From Hormiphora californensis (taxonomy: Eukaryota > Animalia > Ctenophora): a stretch of 64,000 bases of DNA. The position numbers and the translations under genes were made by a program. Positions 55,001 through 64,000 of this stretch are shown here, one piece after another; within the stretch, counting starts at the first letter, position 1, and each line of letters opens with the position of its first letter. The notes beneath the pieces were generated by a model. It saw only the letters and a list, made by a program, of their open reading frames with translations, was not told the origin of the DNA and ran no database searches. The stretch covers positions 4,588,001 through 4,652,000 of the forward strand of contig CM035362.1 in assembly GCA_020137815.1 (NCBI GenBank), written 5' to 3'.

Positions 55001-55381
55001 TCAGGGTGTTCTAACCCTCCTTGAGATTTGGGGGGGGGGGGGGGGGGATGGTCAACCAAAGGACAAAATTCGCTTCGGTGAACTACTCACTTGCCTGATC
55101 CGTAAACTTGATTTTCTAACCTGACTGCTTCCCTCGAAATCCTTTAATTAATTAATTAACTAACTAATTAATTAACTAACTAATTAATTAACTAACTAAT
55201 AAATTACCTGACTATCACTGCTGCTCTCCTCATAATCCTTTAATTAATTAATTAACTAATTAACCAACTAATTAATTACCTGACTATCACTACTGCAGCT
55301 CTCCTCGAAATCATCATCCTCAAAATCACAGTAAAAAGAATCCTCGTCATCTATACAGTCATCGAGTGAGGAATGTGTCAT
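46034..55381 (-). CDS. Ariadne-family RBR E3 ubiquitin ligase (ARIH1/ARIH2-like), about 527-554 aa
   Basis: Exons 55280-55381, (55208-55237, 55091-55141), 54886-54949, 54706-54796, 54169-54373, 53877-53972, 52256-52305, 51451-51619, 51155-51258, 50652-50767, 48990-49122, 48305-48446, 47582-47705, 46034-46221, phases consistent. Acidic N-terminus; LLLFFRWDSQLLIERYY; RING1 CGVC...CPHYYCDSCW...IQCMSC; IBR LRWCPGTDC...CTCG..WCFEC...HKP..DC; Rcat TKECPNC...[23 protein letters not shown]...HGSEYYKC; Ariadne domain ECRLMLKFSYVFAYY...FEENQRDLE. Confidence 0.93.
46383..47214. mobile_element. 832-bp non-autonomous TIR element with G-run/C-run termini and 8-bp TSD GATGTCAC
   Basis: GGGGGGTGCGACATGTTAATT ... 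AATTAACATGTCGTCCCCCCC, with subterminal TTGTTAA/TTAACAA repeats. Confidence 0.85.
47245..47615. repeat. GTTACC-rich repeat including three copies of the Ariadne exon end plus donor
   Basis: AATAACTCTCACCTGACAG(C/T)AGTTC(T/G)GTGTTGTGTTCCAA at about 47353, 47449 and 47570. Confidence 0.85.
47796..48299. repeat. 21-bp minisatellite (CCATTT[A/G]TCACCATGACTACCAC-like)n, about 24 copies, starting at the donor of exon 48305
   Basis: Direct reading; explains four overlapping ORFs. Confidence 0.95.
48447..48815. repeat. 32-bp minisatellite upstream of Ariadne exon 48446, containing extra CTCTGCAG|GTATCTG acceptor copies
   Basis: CAGATACCTGCAGAGA at about 48440, 48713 and 48803. Confidence 0.88.
49251..50591. 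mobile_element. Composite non-autonomous TIR element with poly-G/poly-C ends, 7-8-bp TSD (C)AGTAAGT and a nested long inverted-repeat element (about 49610-50280)
   Basis: G9CCCGCGT ... ACGCGGGC9; subterminal (GACATTAAAA)n and (TTTAATGTC)n. Inner arms AGCCCCGATTTTGATGAAACT ... AGTTTCATCAAAATCGGGGCT. Confidence 0.8.
51050..51172. repeat. 42-bp x3 repeat spanning the last codons (ETTKW) and donor of the Ariadne IBR exon
   Basis: Minus-strand unit GTGAGACCACCAAATG|GTGAGATTTTAGAACCCCCAATTAGA. Confidence 0.88.
52454..53763. mobile_element. 1.3-kb non-autonomous Tc1/mariner-pogo-type element (TA TSD) with an internal ~450-bp palindrome
   Basis: TIR CAGTCGGACCCCGATTTAGTGGC / GCCACTAAATCGGGGTCCGACTG; inner inverted repeats at about 52850-53295 and 53395-53635. 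Confidence 0.88.
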
Positions 55382-56058
55382 GCTACGAGCGAGATGTAAT
55401 GTTATTTGACATTTGTATTATGAAATGTTATACACTTGCTACATGCCTACAAAATATATAATTTTAACTTATTTTATCAATAGATCAAGAGAGGAATGTG
55501 TCATGCTACGAGCGAGATGTAATGTTATACTTCCTACATGTGTTTACATGTAATGTAATACATTTGGGATGGGCAGGAGGAGCCATCAGGATCTATTTTA
55601 TAACTGGACCTTTATACTTTCTACATGTTTACAGGCTTCTCTAGATACCAACTTAATTAACTAATTCATTAACTAATTAACATATTGATTAACTAATTTC
55701 CTATATCGGGAAAAAAATCCTGCCACTAAATCGGGGTCCGACTGTAATTTGTAATCGCCTAACAAAATTCCTGTAGATTATACATTGGGTGACCTAAGGA
55801 TGAAATTGATCCACAAATGAGTTCAAAGAGATCTTATCAGTGGTGATTGGTCATATTGCCCGCCCACACAGTGGATCAAACCAATTTTGTATCGACGCAA
55901 TGTAGGGAAACATCTTGTTTTCATCAGAATAAATTTAGGATAAATAAAATATACAATCACAATCAATGTAATATAACAAAACTCTAAACATAATACAATC
56001 TGATTTATGTTAAAATATCAAACGTTTTTCAAAGGATAAAAGGGAGATGAAGCGCTTT

Positions 56059-57260
56059 TCACACTGTGAACGATAAGATGGAGATGATGATGCTGACCAA
56101 TACCAGTTGGAAACCCGAAGCAACCTGAAGAAATAGGAGGAAGATTAGTAAGATTTAATTAGTAATTTAATTAATAATTAGTAACATGTCGAGGAGGGAT
56201 GTGGACACGGCCCAAATAAACAAATAAAGTCACTTCTTCCCCCAAGATTCGATAAAAAGTCAAAACACTCTTTACTGCTTCCTAAACCCTAACCCACCCC
56301 AAACCCACCTCTTTACTGCAGCTTCCTGAATCCTAACCCACCCCTAAACTCACCTCTTTACTGCAGTTCCTAAATCCTAACCCACCCCCAAACCCACCTC
56401 TTTACTGTAGTTCCTAAATCCTAACCCACCCCAAACTCACCTCTTTACTGCAGCTTCCTGAATCCTAACCCCCAAACTCACCCCCACTCACCCAATACCT
56501 AACCCACCCCAAACCCACCTCTTTACTGCTTGCTAACCCACCCCCTACATGACACTCACCCTAACACCAGCTGATTTGACGCAATGTAGGGCATCCTTGT
56601 GCATCACGTACTCACGGCCCAAGTAAACCTCGGGATCGCGCTGTGCCTTAGATTGAAGGACGGATAGAGATGTGATTTCACCTCCCGAGAATATCACCTT
56701 CTTTTCTGTAACAGGGGGGGGAGCTGGATATATTACAGACAAAACAATGGGGGAGGTACCTCCCTTTATTAAATCAATGGTTGGTAGAATGGCCAATGGG
56801 TTATAACCAAGGCAGAGACCGTCCTCTCTCCCCAACCTCAAGGATAGGGAGTCCCCATATATAGGGTCCCTTGAGAGACTGGGGAGGAAGTATGCAGAAA
56901 TACCGTGCGACTTGTGGTAAGTGTCGTAATTAATATTTGAGTTACCCCATCTCACTGACCTGAATGCTGGAATACTTTTTTGTCTCAAATATAATATCCT
57001 GAACGTTTACAGGGGGATTTGATAATAATCTTTGTAGTGTAGACACGTCACTATCAAGCATATTCGCTGAAAAACACAGAGTTTGAGATAGCTATAGCAT
57101 AATGTGTAATTGAAGGTGACATACAGAGAGTGGCGCATATCTCAGACTCTGAACTTATAGTACTAGGGTCTGACTGTGGTCTGAGAAGTGAGAACCCCTG
57201 CTCAAAGGAGCAAGGAGTGACCAGACCAAAGTCAGTCAAAGAGAGATTATTACATTAACT

Positions 57261-57337
<77 letters not shown>

Positions 57338-60300
57338 GAGAGAGAGAAACTAACTTACAGTTATAAACTAGTCCAGCGGTTCGGACGCTTCCAAAGTTGC
57401 ACTCTAGCCACCCATCAATGGGGGACTGACTGTTGTCCCTGCAGAGTAGTTTGGCAGAGGATCCTTCATCAGTATCATATAGACCTGAAAGTGGGGGCAA
57501 ATTGGTGTGTGTGGGGGAGAGGGAAAAGTGGTGGTGGTAAAGTGGTGGTGTTGGGGGGGGGGGTCAGTCACTGTCCACTGATCATAATGAGACCATTCTA
57601 TAAGAGAAAGGATGTGTGGAAAATCAAAATCCATTAGAGTTGTCATCGAGAGAGAGGATGATTAATACAATGGTAACCATAGTAACCATGGTAACCATGT
57701 GATACTTACTAAGAGCAGCCTTGAGGTGAACAAACGCCACATCTCCTGCCCCGGTAGTGATACAGCGGAGTGCCCCACTTTGCCCTGAGAACTGGGTCTC
57801 AGCGGAACACGTTCCCTGGCTACAGGCCGCACAAATCTTCCAATGATCCGGAACTGAATGGGGAGGGAGACGGGAGTTGTGAGGGGAGAATGGAGATGAG
57901 GGGAGAAGGGAGGGTGGAAACTGACAAAGACCGGGAGTTGTCAGTTTGTCAATGTGACGGGAAAGGAAGGTGGGGATTCCCCACTGGGGATTCCACTGAG
58001 AGAAAGGAAACGCATTACTGTATTAGAGGATATATATGTATCTCTAATAGTGATTAAAAAACTTACTGGAACTTGACTGATCGGGGAGACATGAGTTGCC
58101 AAAGTAACGTGTTACGGTCCACAACGGGTTACATCTCTCACTGGGATCAAACCAACCTGAACATAAGCAGGTACATAAGACAAACAAACCAACCTGAACA
58201 TAAGCAGATATACATAAGACAAACAAACAAACCAACCTGCAAACATAGATATATCAACATTTTGAATTCCATTTTGATTGACTAGACAGTTTAATATTAA
58301 CTGTCATATATTAACTGTCATTACCAATTCAATTGTGAGTTATTTTCACTGCCAAACTCTCTTCAAGATGAAAAGGCGCTCTCATCATTTTATGACGTCA
58401 TAAAAAGTTAGAATTCTCGTTATATGACGTCATAAAAAAAATTAGAATTCTCGATATATAATGAGGACATATCTTACCTCTCCACGCGAAATATCCTAGA
58501 GGGGTCTCCCATGCACCCTGAGGGTCGTAACCAGGGAGACAGATTCTCTTGTTTTTCAACTCTGTTACTTTCAGATCATTCCGCCCATCCATCACTACAC
58601 CAACCTTGTATTGGGGAGAATGTGTCAGGGGGGTGGGGGGAGGTAACTTGGGGAGAATGTGTCAGGGGGGGGGGGGCAGAATGTGCGTGTCAGTGGTCCT
58701 GGGGGACTCGTGGAGAATGTGTTACCCTTTAGCAAACAAATTAACAGACACAGAATATTGGCGTAATCACCACTCCCTCCCTGCGGCCTGCTCCCTTCCC
58801 AAGTTGGGATTCCCAACCCCATCTTACCCAGTAATCGTGTATTAGACTGCCCCTCACCAGTTGTTCTGTCCCATCATAATCTTCTCCTAGGGCCACCTAA
58901 AGGGTTTTAATGGACTAGTTAAATGTGATATATACTGGGGTGGTTTGTTTGTTCTGCGTCTGAAGGAGTACCTCTTCAACCTCCAAGGGTTTATGGGGAT
59001 AATGCGGAGTAGGGGTTGCTACTGTCAGGCCAATGCTCTGACCACAGTTCTCGTGCGCTCCGTGTGCAGAACAGAAGAGAAACGAGAATGGGTCAGGCCA
59101 ATGCTCTGACAGGGTTGCTACGGTTTCGCAAAAACAAATGGGGCAATAACAACAGTGTTATTCTGTGTTCTACCAGAATATCAGCTAAATTGATTCAATT
59201 AATACCCGTATAGAGTTATCTTCAGTTGCCGCCCTGAGTGCCTTGTAAATCTCTGGCGCATCAATAACCGTTATCTGAAACATTAAAAGCATCAAAAACA
59301 TCAAAATCATCAAAAACATCTACTACATCAGACATCTACTACATTACTAACTAATATTACTATATAGTAGGGACGAATCTTAATTTTTTGACTCACTATT
59401 TGGTGGAAAGCAAATTCCGGTTGTAACCCACCTATTTTGACCCGCTGAACACGATCCCGTTCATAGGTAAGGTCGCAAAAGTGAAGAACATGCCCAAATC
59501 GGCCACGCCCTTTTACCTGTATTTTCAGCCTGTAGCCAAAAACATAAATCCTCTTAGAATAGGAGTAGAGACAAATCTGAGGGCACTAAAGTGATCAGCG
59601 CCCTCGCATTAGTGGGGGTAGGTGCTGGAATTAAGTCTCTATCTCATCTGGTTAATTAGATAATTGGATAATTAGGTTTGCGCATAACCGTTTTTCGGCT
59701 ATATGGCTATAGCCACTTAGGAATGGTTTAGAGACTTTTCACTGGCGCCATTTTGTAGGCAATAGCCAAGTTATGGGGGGATCTCGAACGAACAGCTACG
59801 GTATGGCTCGTCCGGTCTTGTTGGCCCCCTTGTGGATCTGTTTGGTGGAGTCTGGAGGGAGGAGAAGGTCCCGGAGGAGTGGTTAAAGGGTGTCATCTCG
59901 GTGATTCCCAAGAAGGGTGACGCCAGTGTGTGCTCAAATAATAGGGGCATCACTCTGCGATCTACCACTTCCAAGCTGTTCCAGATAATTATGCCGAACA
60001 GGTTGTCTTCTGGTCTTGAATTGGCACTTCGAGAGAATCAGTGTGGATTCAGACGTAACCGGTCTTGTGTGGATCAGATTTATTCCCTCCGTACCATCAT
60101 CCATCAGTGTATAGAATATAATTTACCGTTGTATATAAACTTTATTGACTTCAAATCAGCATTCGATTGTATTAACAGGGATTTTATCTGGGCCGCATTT
60201 CGCCATTATGGTCTTCCAGAGAAGTATGTCCGGATAATTCGAGCATTCTTTGACGGTACTATGAGTGCAGTGAAACATGACGGGGAGCTCTCCGGCTGGT

Positions 60301-62870
60301 TCAGTGTCCTCAGTGGTACCGGTCAGGGCGACATTCAGGGTCCACCAGTCTTCAACATCGTGATTAACTGGGCGGCTCAGCTCGCTGAGTCCAACAAGAC
60401 TGTCTCTAGGGGTCTCACTCTTCACGGCGCTGAGAGTGATGGGGGTGGAGAATGGATCTTGGATCTCGATTATGCTGATGACATGGCTGTAATGGATGAT
60501 ACTGAGGAAGGGCTCCAGGAGTCAACAGATTTGCTGGTAAAATACGCAGGGTACGCTGGTCTGAAGATTAATGCGAAGAAGACCAAAGTTGTGGCTTTTT
60601 CAAAGGGTCTTAGCCAGCGCCCATTTTCAGAGGCGGATACGGTCAGCATCTCTGTGGAGGGTAATCCGGTTGAGCAGGTTTCCAGTTTTACCTATCTCGG
60701 ATCGGCGTTGTCCTCTGACGGTACCATCGACAAGGAGCTTGGTATCAGGATAGGGAAGGCTTACAGTGCATTCAGTATGCTTTGTAGGATCTGGTACAAC
60801 CGTAACATCAGGACCTGTACCAAGATCAGGATATACAGAGCTGCTGTTCTGACAGTTCTTCTCTATGGTTGTGAGGCCTGGACAACTACTCAGGTCCAAG
60901 ATCGCCGGGTGGAGGCGTTCCACCAACGGTGCCTGCGTAGAATCCTGAGAATACAGTGGTTTAGGAGAGTATCTAACAGGGAGGTACTGGAGAGGGCGGG
61001 GATAGAACCAATCTCGAAGTTCATTGGCAATGGGAGACTCCGCTGGTTTGGACACCTGATTAGAATGCCTGAGGGTAGGGTGCCCAACAAACTCTACCAC
61101 TGGGTGCCTACTGCCTAGTCATGGGAGACGTTCCAGAGGAAGACCGCGTAAAACCTGGTCCTCCTGTGTGCTGAATGATTATCGAGACGCTACGGGTCAA
61201 TCCCAGTCTCTCCGTGCAATTACTAACACTGCAGAGAACAGAAATGAGTGGAGACAGCTCACGTCATTACGAGCGAGGATACTTGGAGCCGGCCACTCGA
61301 ATGATTGAGGAGACCGTACCAAGTATCAAGTAAGTAAGTATGGGGGGTCGACGTCGGACTTTTAAGCTCTATCTCCAACCGTTTAGCCGTTATTGGGCTT
61401 AATCGATGCTCAAAATGAGCGAAAAACGGTAAAAAGCCCGATTTTGAGCATCGATTAAGCCCAATAACGGCTAAACGGTTGGAGATAGAGCTTAAAAGTC
61501 CGACGTCGACCCCCCATAACTTGGTTATTGCCTACAAAATGGCGCCAGTGAAAAGTCTCTAAACCATTCCCAAGTGGCTATAGCCATATAGCCAAAAAAC
61601 GGTTATGTGCAAACCTAATTATCCAATTATCTAATTAACCAGATGAGATAGTGACTTAATTCCAGCACCTACCCCCACTAATGCGAGGGCGCTGATCACT
61701 TTAGTGCCCTCAGATTTGTCTCTACTCCTATTCTAAGAGGATTTATGTTTTTGGCTACAGGCTGAAAATACAGGTAAAAGGGCGTGGCCGATTTGGGCAT
61801 GTTCTTCACTTTTGCGACCTTACCTATGAACGGGATCGTGTTCAGCGGGTCAAAATAGGTGGGTTACAACCGGAATTTGCTTTCCACCAAATAGTGAGTC
61901 AGCCACTTCTTTTTATAAGAGATTCGTCCCTACTAATAACTACGCCTGAACAATCAAGTGATTCACCATGCACTACACTAACCGTCTGTGTGTCTGCAAG
62001 GACTCGAGCCCAACATGCCTCTGCGTCTCCCTTGTTGTTGTAATCCTCGCATGTTATCTCCAACTTGTTGTTTGTACTACTTGATTGGCCATATCTGCAG
62101 GAATTAACAAGTGAGTGTTGGATTAGGGGGTGATTAGTGGGTGATTAGGGGGTGATTAGAAGGTGATTAGAAGGTGATTAGCAGGTGATTAGTGGGTGAT
62201 TATTACAGTAAAACCGTGACATCGTGGTGATATATGGTGGTTATATTTGTTAACCACTGATACACACAATCTACCAAAGGTAAACATTGTAGAATGTAGA
62301 TAAAATATCTGATACATTTGCAGCTAGGTTGGAATTTAATTTGATATAGAATGCAAGATGTGAAGTATGGTTCGGGTTTGGTTTGGTTTGGTTTGGGCCG
62401 CTCATCTGGGACTGTACACACAGCCATGGGCCAAGTCAGCATAGTGCCGGATGAAAAACAGTACAGTACGCAAGTACTCTTAATTGTACAAGGCGTACAT
62501 TGTACATTTAATATAAATCAAGCAATTATTCATGCTCGTTGTTTTGACTTCATCAATTATTCATGCACACATTGGAACACATTGTCAGGTTTGACAAATA
62601 TAGATTTAGGGAACCATAATAACGCGAAACTAAATTTCGACTTTCGATACCATTAGGGTGTCCCAATTTCAGCACATGATAAATTACAGGGTGTCCCACT
62701 GTCTTTGACCCACAATCACAGGTCACGCAAAGTACAGCCAATGAAAGAACTTACGCAATTGCTAACTCCTCACATTTAGTGATATCAGCTGGACGGTAGA
62801 CACACCAAGTTATAGACAAACTGGACGCAGACCCAGACAGAAACAGTAACAGGAGCAGAGAGCTTAACAT
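56059..62870 (-). CDS. Single-lobe transferrin-family (melanotransferrin/otolith-matrix-protein-like) protein with signal peptide and GPI-type hydrophobic tail, 391 aa
   Basis: Exons 62755-62870, 61983-62094, 59206-59274, 58828-58896, 58478-58604, 58067-58156, 57710-57853, 57359-57484, 56956-57066, 56560-56705, 56059-56124 (1176 nt, in phase). MLSSLLLLLFLSGSASS signal; ITWCVYRPADITKC; ITVIDAPEIY; LKNKRICLPG...GAWETPLG; RYFGNSCLP; FSGQSGALRCITTGAGDVAFV; KLLCRDN...ECNFG; YLGREYV; tail SAGVRVASGFQLVLVSIIISILSFTV-stop. Confidence 0.9.
56270..56545. repeat. ~40-bp tandem repeat (CCTCTTTACTGCAG..TCCTAAATCCTAACCCACCCCAAACCCA) in the last transferrin intron
   Basis: Direct reading. Confidence 0.85.
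59022..59112. mobile_element. 91-bp mini-MITE (CTGTCAG...CTGACAG) with 8-bp TSD GGTTGCTA
   Basis: TSD at 59014-59021 and 59113-59120. The motif GTCAGGCCAATGCTCT (either strand) also occurs at about 7360, 44225 and 48960. Confidence 0.75.
59367..61933. mobile_element. ~1-kb palindromic MITE (TA flanks) whose left arm is interrupted by an RTE LINE
   Basis: GTAGGGACGAATCT...CCAAGTTATGGGGGG | RTE | TCGACGTCGG...; centre at about 61416-61440; mirrored arm 61441-61933 ending GATTCGTCCCTAC. Confidence 0.88.
59781..61338 (+). mobile_element. 5'-truncated RTE-clade LINE (reverse transcriptase), TSD TATGGGGGG, (TAAG)n-type tail
   Basis: ORF 59832..61118: IPKKGD..CSNNRGITL, QCGFRRNRSCVDQI, FIDFKSAFD, GQGDIQGP, LDYADD, FTYLGS, LLYGCEAW, RLRWFGH. 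It continues as GRRSRGRPRKTW after a 7-bp duplication frameshift at about 61110. Confidence 0.93.
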
Positions 62871-63415
62871 ACACGAAGCAAAACTTGACATTTTAAAGGG
62901 GGGAGATTGAAATGAGAAATGGGATTGAGAAGGAGGGATTTATATTGGCATTGGCATTACTTGGAAAGATTTGATCTTAAAATAACAAACTTCTACCGAG
63001 GATACATGGAACATGTGCGTAGGAATTAGGATGTAATTTCCAGGAATTAGGATGTAATTTCCTGGAAATTTGGATGTAATTTCCAGAAATTAGGATGTGA
63101 TATCTAGGAAATTCAATACTGCATCAGTAAATGTTGTATATACAAAAGATTCGTTTTTGAGGTTTCTTCCCAAGTTGAATCTATAAACACCGCTTTCCCA
63201 GAAATCAATGTTTACATTTTCCTGCTCTGTTATAAAAGTGGACCACGTAAAGGCGGATCTTTTGAAGATGTAACCCCAAACTTGTGCTTTCCCTGTGTGA
63301 TATATCACATGTGTTAGAAAATGATAAATGATAGTCATCATATTCTAATACATGCACCACACTTTAATGAGTGATAGGCACACGAAAAAATCGCCAGCGT
63401 TAACGAAAGCGTTAA

Positions 63416-63957
63416 AATCTGGGTGTTTCGAGTGTCAGTACTCACGGTTTTTAGTGTTAGGGCTAAAGTAGGTTTAGGGTTAGGGTTGGGGTTAGGGTTG
63501 GGGTTAGGCGGTAGGCTTTGACATTTCCTATCAGATAAACTTTGGATTATCCACAACGGTTGACTGGTTTGGCGGTTAGAGCCATTTTGGTGCAAGGTAC
63601 TTTTTGGCCAGACCACAACGGCGCCCGAGTTGTCGCGACGAAAAAATCGTGTGCACAAAAAGGGCGTGATTATAATCTGGGTGCCTTGCGGTCTGTTTAC
63701 AGGTGCGCGCTACGGGCTACCAAAAGAGTACACTTAGACAGATTTTTTCAAACGGCTATAGCCACGCAACCACATGGCCAATTTGAGTAAACTAAACGAT
63801 AACTGATAGAAAATCGATAGCCCTAACCGATAACCCCAAACCAAACCCTAACCAGACCCTAACGGATAGCCCTAACGAGTAACGGGGTGCTACCACTGCC
63901 CTAACCCGTCGCGCGCGCTAAAACTACGAATTGTTAGCAATGAAAGGCACCCAGATT
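63416..63957. mobile_element. 542-bp non-autonomous TIR element with TTAA TSD, carrying telomere-like TTAGGG/CCCTAA tracts
   Basis: TTAA|AATCTGGGTG ... CACCCAGATT|TTAA. GGGTTA-type repeats at 63455-63508 and CCCTAA-type at 63820-63907. A related fragment lies at about 52082-52170. Confidence 0.75.
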
Positions 63958-64000
63958 TTAACCTTTTTTTCCTTTTTTTTCGGGAAACGGCAATCCGACA

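Noticed and set aside
63455-63907. Chromosome end or true telomere
   Set aside because: The repeats are short and degenerate, and lie inside a TIR element with a TTAA duplication.

Overview
Intron-rich animal genomic DNA, most likely from a cydippid ctenophore (Pleurobrachia-like). This is inferred from the recurrent CAGTCGGACCCCGATTTACCGG MITE and the repeat style, not from a database search. Four spliced genes were reconstructed by hand with phase-consistent GT-AG exons: (1) the 3' part of a probably secreted multi-Ig/Sushi-like protein (+, to 7063); (2) an EHBP1 orthologue with NT-C2, CH, low-complexity, bMERB and CaaX regions (+, 8133-36343), whose last five exons are tandemly duplicated (37765-43531) with a LINE fragment at the junction; (3) an Ariadne-family RBR E3 ligase (-, 46034-55381); (4) a single-lobed, probably GPI-anchored transferrin-family protein lacking most iron ligands (-, 56059-62870). 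Introns hold many MITEs, a 3.8 kb foldback element, an RTE LINE, an intact ORF1-only LINE-like element and a possible nested antisense gene. Many minisatellites are amplified copies of splice junctions or of palindromes resembling transcription-factor sites. Most long ORFs in the supplied track are translations of repeats.
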